A model generated the notes under the pieces. It searched no databases and had not been told where the DNA came from. It saw only the letters and a program-made list of their open reading frames with translations. A stretch of DNA of 64,000 nt from the IMG/VR virus record IMGVR_UViG_3300033067_000859, positions 15,157 to 79,156 of that record; one strand, 5' to 3'. This stretch comes from a virus. Lineage: Duplodnaviria > Caudoviricetes. Of the stretch, positions 61,767 through 64,000 are shown one piece after another. Every line of letters begins with the position of its first letter. Within the stretch, counting starts at the first letter, position 1. Both the position numbers and the translations under genes were made by a program.

Positions 61767-64000
61767 ATGTTTTCATCGATATCAAAGTCTACCCCGCAAA
61801 CTCAGGCTAGTACCAGCTTTACAGCTACTAGCCCTATTGTCATTTCTACAGTTACTCCCTTTACAATCACAGTAAACGGCATTGTTGCACCTGACTCAAC
61901 TACAGTTTCTGTTCAACCGGGCGATTTAGTTACAGCCACTGTAACGACTCCAGATGATTATGCATGGCACGAATTTCACTATTATACCATCAACGGCACT
62001 CCCCAGTCATTTGCAGTAGTAAATAAGAGCCTATATACCATTCGAGTAAAAGAAGCAGATGCTATCAAACGATGGTACTTGTATTTTCCAACTAATCATA
62101 CTTTAACTCATCAGAGTCCATCTGGGGCAAACACTGCTATTATCCTAGGGAACAATTTTGATAATATACCATATCAAGTTCATGTAATACTTGATCCCTT
62201 AACTGAAAGTGTGTACTTGTACAGTCAAACCGGCGTACAACTAAGTAAAGTTCAGTTACCTGCGCCACCGATTGATTATGTAAAAATACCATCAAAGAAC
62301 TCTATTGTAGTATTGGCCCATGGGGGCGAGACTTATGAAATTTTTGTAGATAGTAGTAGTCGTGGGTTAGCACCATTTTTTGCTAGACGCGATTACAGCG
62401 AGTTTACTGGAGAGCTAGGATATGTTTCTCGACTACCCGGCGAGGATTTAGTCACGTACCTTCGTCGCCTTCGTAATAGAAAAACTATTCCGTCGGCTAC
62501 CTGTTTAACTTACAACGGTACATATGTTTATGCCGGGGGAAATGGGTCAGTCTGGGTAGTTGATCCTAGGATTGGGTTCCAGCTAATTGGTAATTATGAG
62601 ATTCCTGAATATGTGTTAAACGTTGCCCCGCTACCTAATAACACAGGAGCATTGGTAGTTACGCAAAGCCAAAAAGTCTATACAATGGATCTTAATGGCA
62701 CATTTACATTTATACACCAAGGTATAGCGCTATGCCAGCCTGCATTGTTTAATGATAAGGTGTACATACCGGAGGGCGATTTTGGTAAGTTATTAGTCTT
62801 TGACCCGGTTACATCGACTATAGAGTCGGAAATAATATTGCCCGAGTTTAGCCCAACATATACAACTGTCACTGATGGTAAAATGTATGTTTGTGGACGC
62901 GATACTGAACGTGTGCTGATATTTGATTCTGGTATGAACATAACAGAACGCACGTTTCCAGACATGGTAACATGGGTATCGGTAGTTAACAATTCATTTA
63001 TTGCATCCCATTGGATGAAGTCCTACAAGACCTTATACGCAGAAGACTTATTCAGGGTAGTTGGCATAGGATTCCCAAAACGATACGGCCCAGTGTCTCA
63101 TATCGGTACTAACGTTTCCGAGGTCAAAACATTGGGTAACGGGGAAGTCTATGCATATACCCCAAAAGACGCATGGTTGTGGCTCAACGGACAACGAACA
63201 TATAGCAATGGCACCCGTGGTACTCTACTAGTTGATGGGGATTATATTTCTCTAAACTATGCTGCTCGAATTTCCGGAGCTGCAAGAACTAATTGTGTAA
63301 TCGGCGATACTGCATACGATTATGATATTGAAGCGTACGACCAGACCTATTATCCTAGGAATATTGAGCTTGGTATTGAATTACCGGGATCAAACAATAT
63401 ACATGTTAGGACTATTGCTCTTCCGGTAAATTTTACCCCTTGCAAGATGTCTATAGAGTATGGAGCCATTAAAGTAAACGATGCATATTATTACGGGGAT
63501 GTTCCGGTAACCGCCGGCGATGTTGTAGTAGTAGAAATATCAACAAGGGGCAATAGTGCATTGCCAGTTTTCACTATCGGCGCTAGGCAGTTTGTAATCC
63601 CGGTGTCAACTAATCCCGGCCAAAGTCCAGTGGTGGTAATGGAATCGGCCGATCTTCAACCAAATTCTCGAATAGTAAACGAAATAGTATTTGGCTTTGA
63701 GAAAAGCTTGTACGATTATATCATTCCTGGATACTATGACATTACTGTTAAGAAAAATGACGTTGATATTACTGGAAACTATTACCAGCAGTTTGGTAGT
63801 GGTGACAAGCTAGTAGTAGAATTCAACAGTAGTTCGAAAAAGTACGATGTGAAAGACGTTTATATCTTAGGGCCAACTAGCTATCATTTTGTGGCCAAGA
63901 ATATAATTGACAATCCTATTACATATTTGAATTATGGAAATCTATGGTATCCGTATACTAGGCAATTTGATCTCTATAATCCTGGGTATGAAATCGTCTC
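61767..64000 (+). CDS. large beta-propeller-containing structural protein, 3' truncated and absent from the ORF track
   Basis: My manual translation from ATG 61767 stays open for ~744 codons to the window end; YVYAGGNGSVWVVDP, KVYIPEG..LLVFDP and KMYVCG..VLIFD repeats. Confidence 0.8.
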   Translation, partial: MFSSISKSTPQTQASTSFTATSPIVISTVTPFTITVNGIVAPDSTTVSVQPGDLVTATVTTPDDYAWHEFHYYTINGTPQSFAVVNKSLYTIRVKEADAIKRWYLYFPTNHTLTHQSPSGANTAIILGNNFDNIPYQVHVILDPLTESVYLYSQTGVQLSKVQLPAPPIDYVKIPSKNSIVVLAHGGETYEIFVDSSSRGLAPFFARRDYSEFTGELGYVSRLPGEDLVTYLRRLRNRKTIPSATCLTYNGTYVYAGGNGSVWVVDPRIGFQLIGNYEIPEYVLNVAPLPNNTGALVVTQSQKVYTMDLNGTFTFIHQGIALCQPALFNDKVYIPEGDFGKLLVFDPVTSTIESEIILPEFSPTYTTVTDGKMYVCGRDTERVLIFDSGMNITERTFPDMVTWVSVVNNSFIASHWMKSYKTLYAEDLFRVVGIGFPKRYGPVSHIGTNVSEVKTLGNGEVYAYTPKDAWLWLNGQRTYSNGTRGTLLVDGDYISLNYAARISGAARTNCVIGDTAYDYDIEAYDQTYYPRNIELGIELPGSNNIHVRTIALPVNFTPCKMSIEYGAIKVNDAYYYGDVPVTAGDVVVVEISTRGNSALPVFTIGARQFVIPVSTNPGQSPVVVMESADLQPNSRIVNEIVFGFEKSLYDYIIPGYYDITVKKNDVDITGNYYQQFGSGDKLVVEFNSSSKKYDVKDVYILGPTSYHFVAKNIIDNPITYLNYGNLWYPYTRQFDLYNPGYEIV

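Noticed and set aside
1-64000. Stop-codon reassignment as seen in some jumbo phages
   Set aside because: Core genes are full length in the standard code and end at TAA, TAG or TGA. The apparent gap after 61692 is a gene running off the window.
1-64000. tRNA genes, IS elements, inteins
   Set aside because: I saw no cloverleaf with T-loop and CCA context in the short intergenic regions, no transposase motifs, and no intein-sized insertions in gp46, portal or MCP. This was a manual scan only.

Overview
This window is the morphogenesis region of a large T4-related myophage. It uses the standard genetic code, coding is dense, and I saw no tRNA, rRNA, CRISPR array or IS element. From left to right it contains: small early-type genes and thyA; an NDP-sugar epimerase and a DegT aminotransferase, which converge on a minus-strand operon of four glycosyltransferase-like genes and two radical-SAM genes; fibre genes, one collagen-like; the baseplate module (4078-aa wedge, gp6, gp25, gp5, hub, LysM, tube initiator); the gp55-like sigma factor, gp47/gp46, dCMP deaminase and a GIY-YIG gene; a ~500-nt structured non-coding region; a gp26-like gene with a tail ORF; tape measure; the head module (gp20, 21, 22, 23); a cupin / Asn-synthetase-like insert; and further virion proteins running off the end. 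Main unexpected signals: (1) an in-phase T TTT TTC slippery site that would fuse the gp26-like gene to the next ORF by -1 frameshifting, like the lambda G/GT or P2 E/E' chaperones; (2) the structured non-coding region at 43040-43530, which carries an internal GTGAC-N10-GGATGAA duplication and sits beside a GIY-YIG gene; (3) a candidate virion-glycosylation system with early sugar synthesis, late GT/rSAM genes and an adjacent Thr-rich collagen fibre; (4) a TAAATA late-promoter regulon with likely leaderless mRNAs and RBS-sequestering hairpins. All calls come from manual motif reading; no searches were run.
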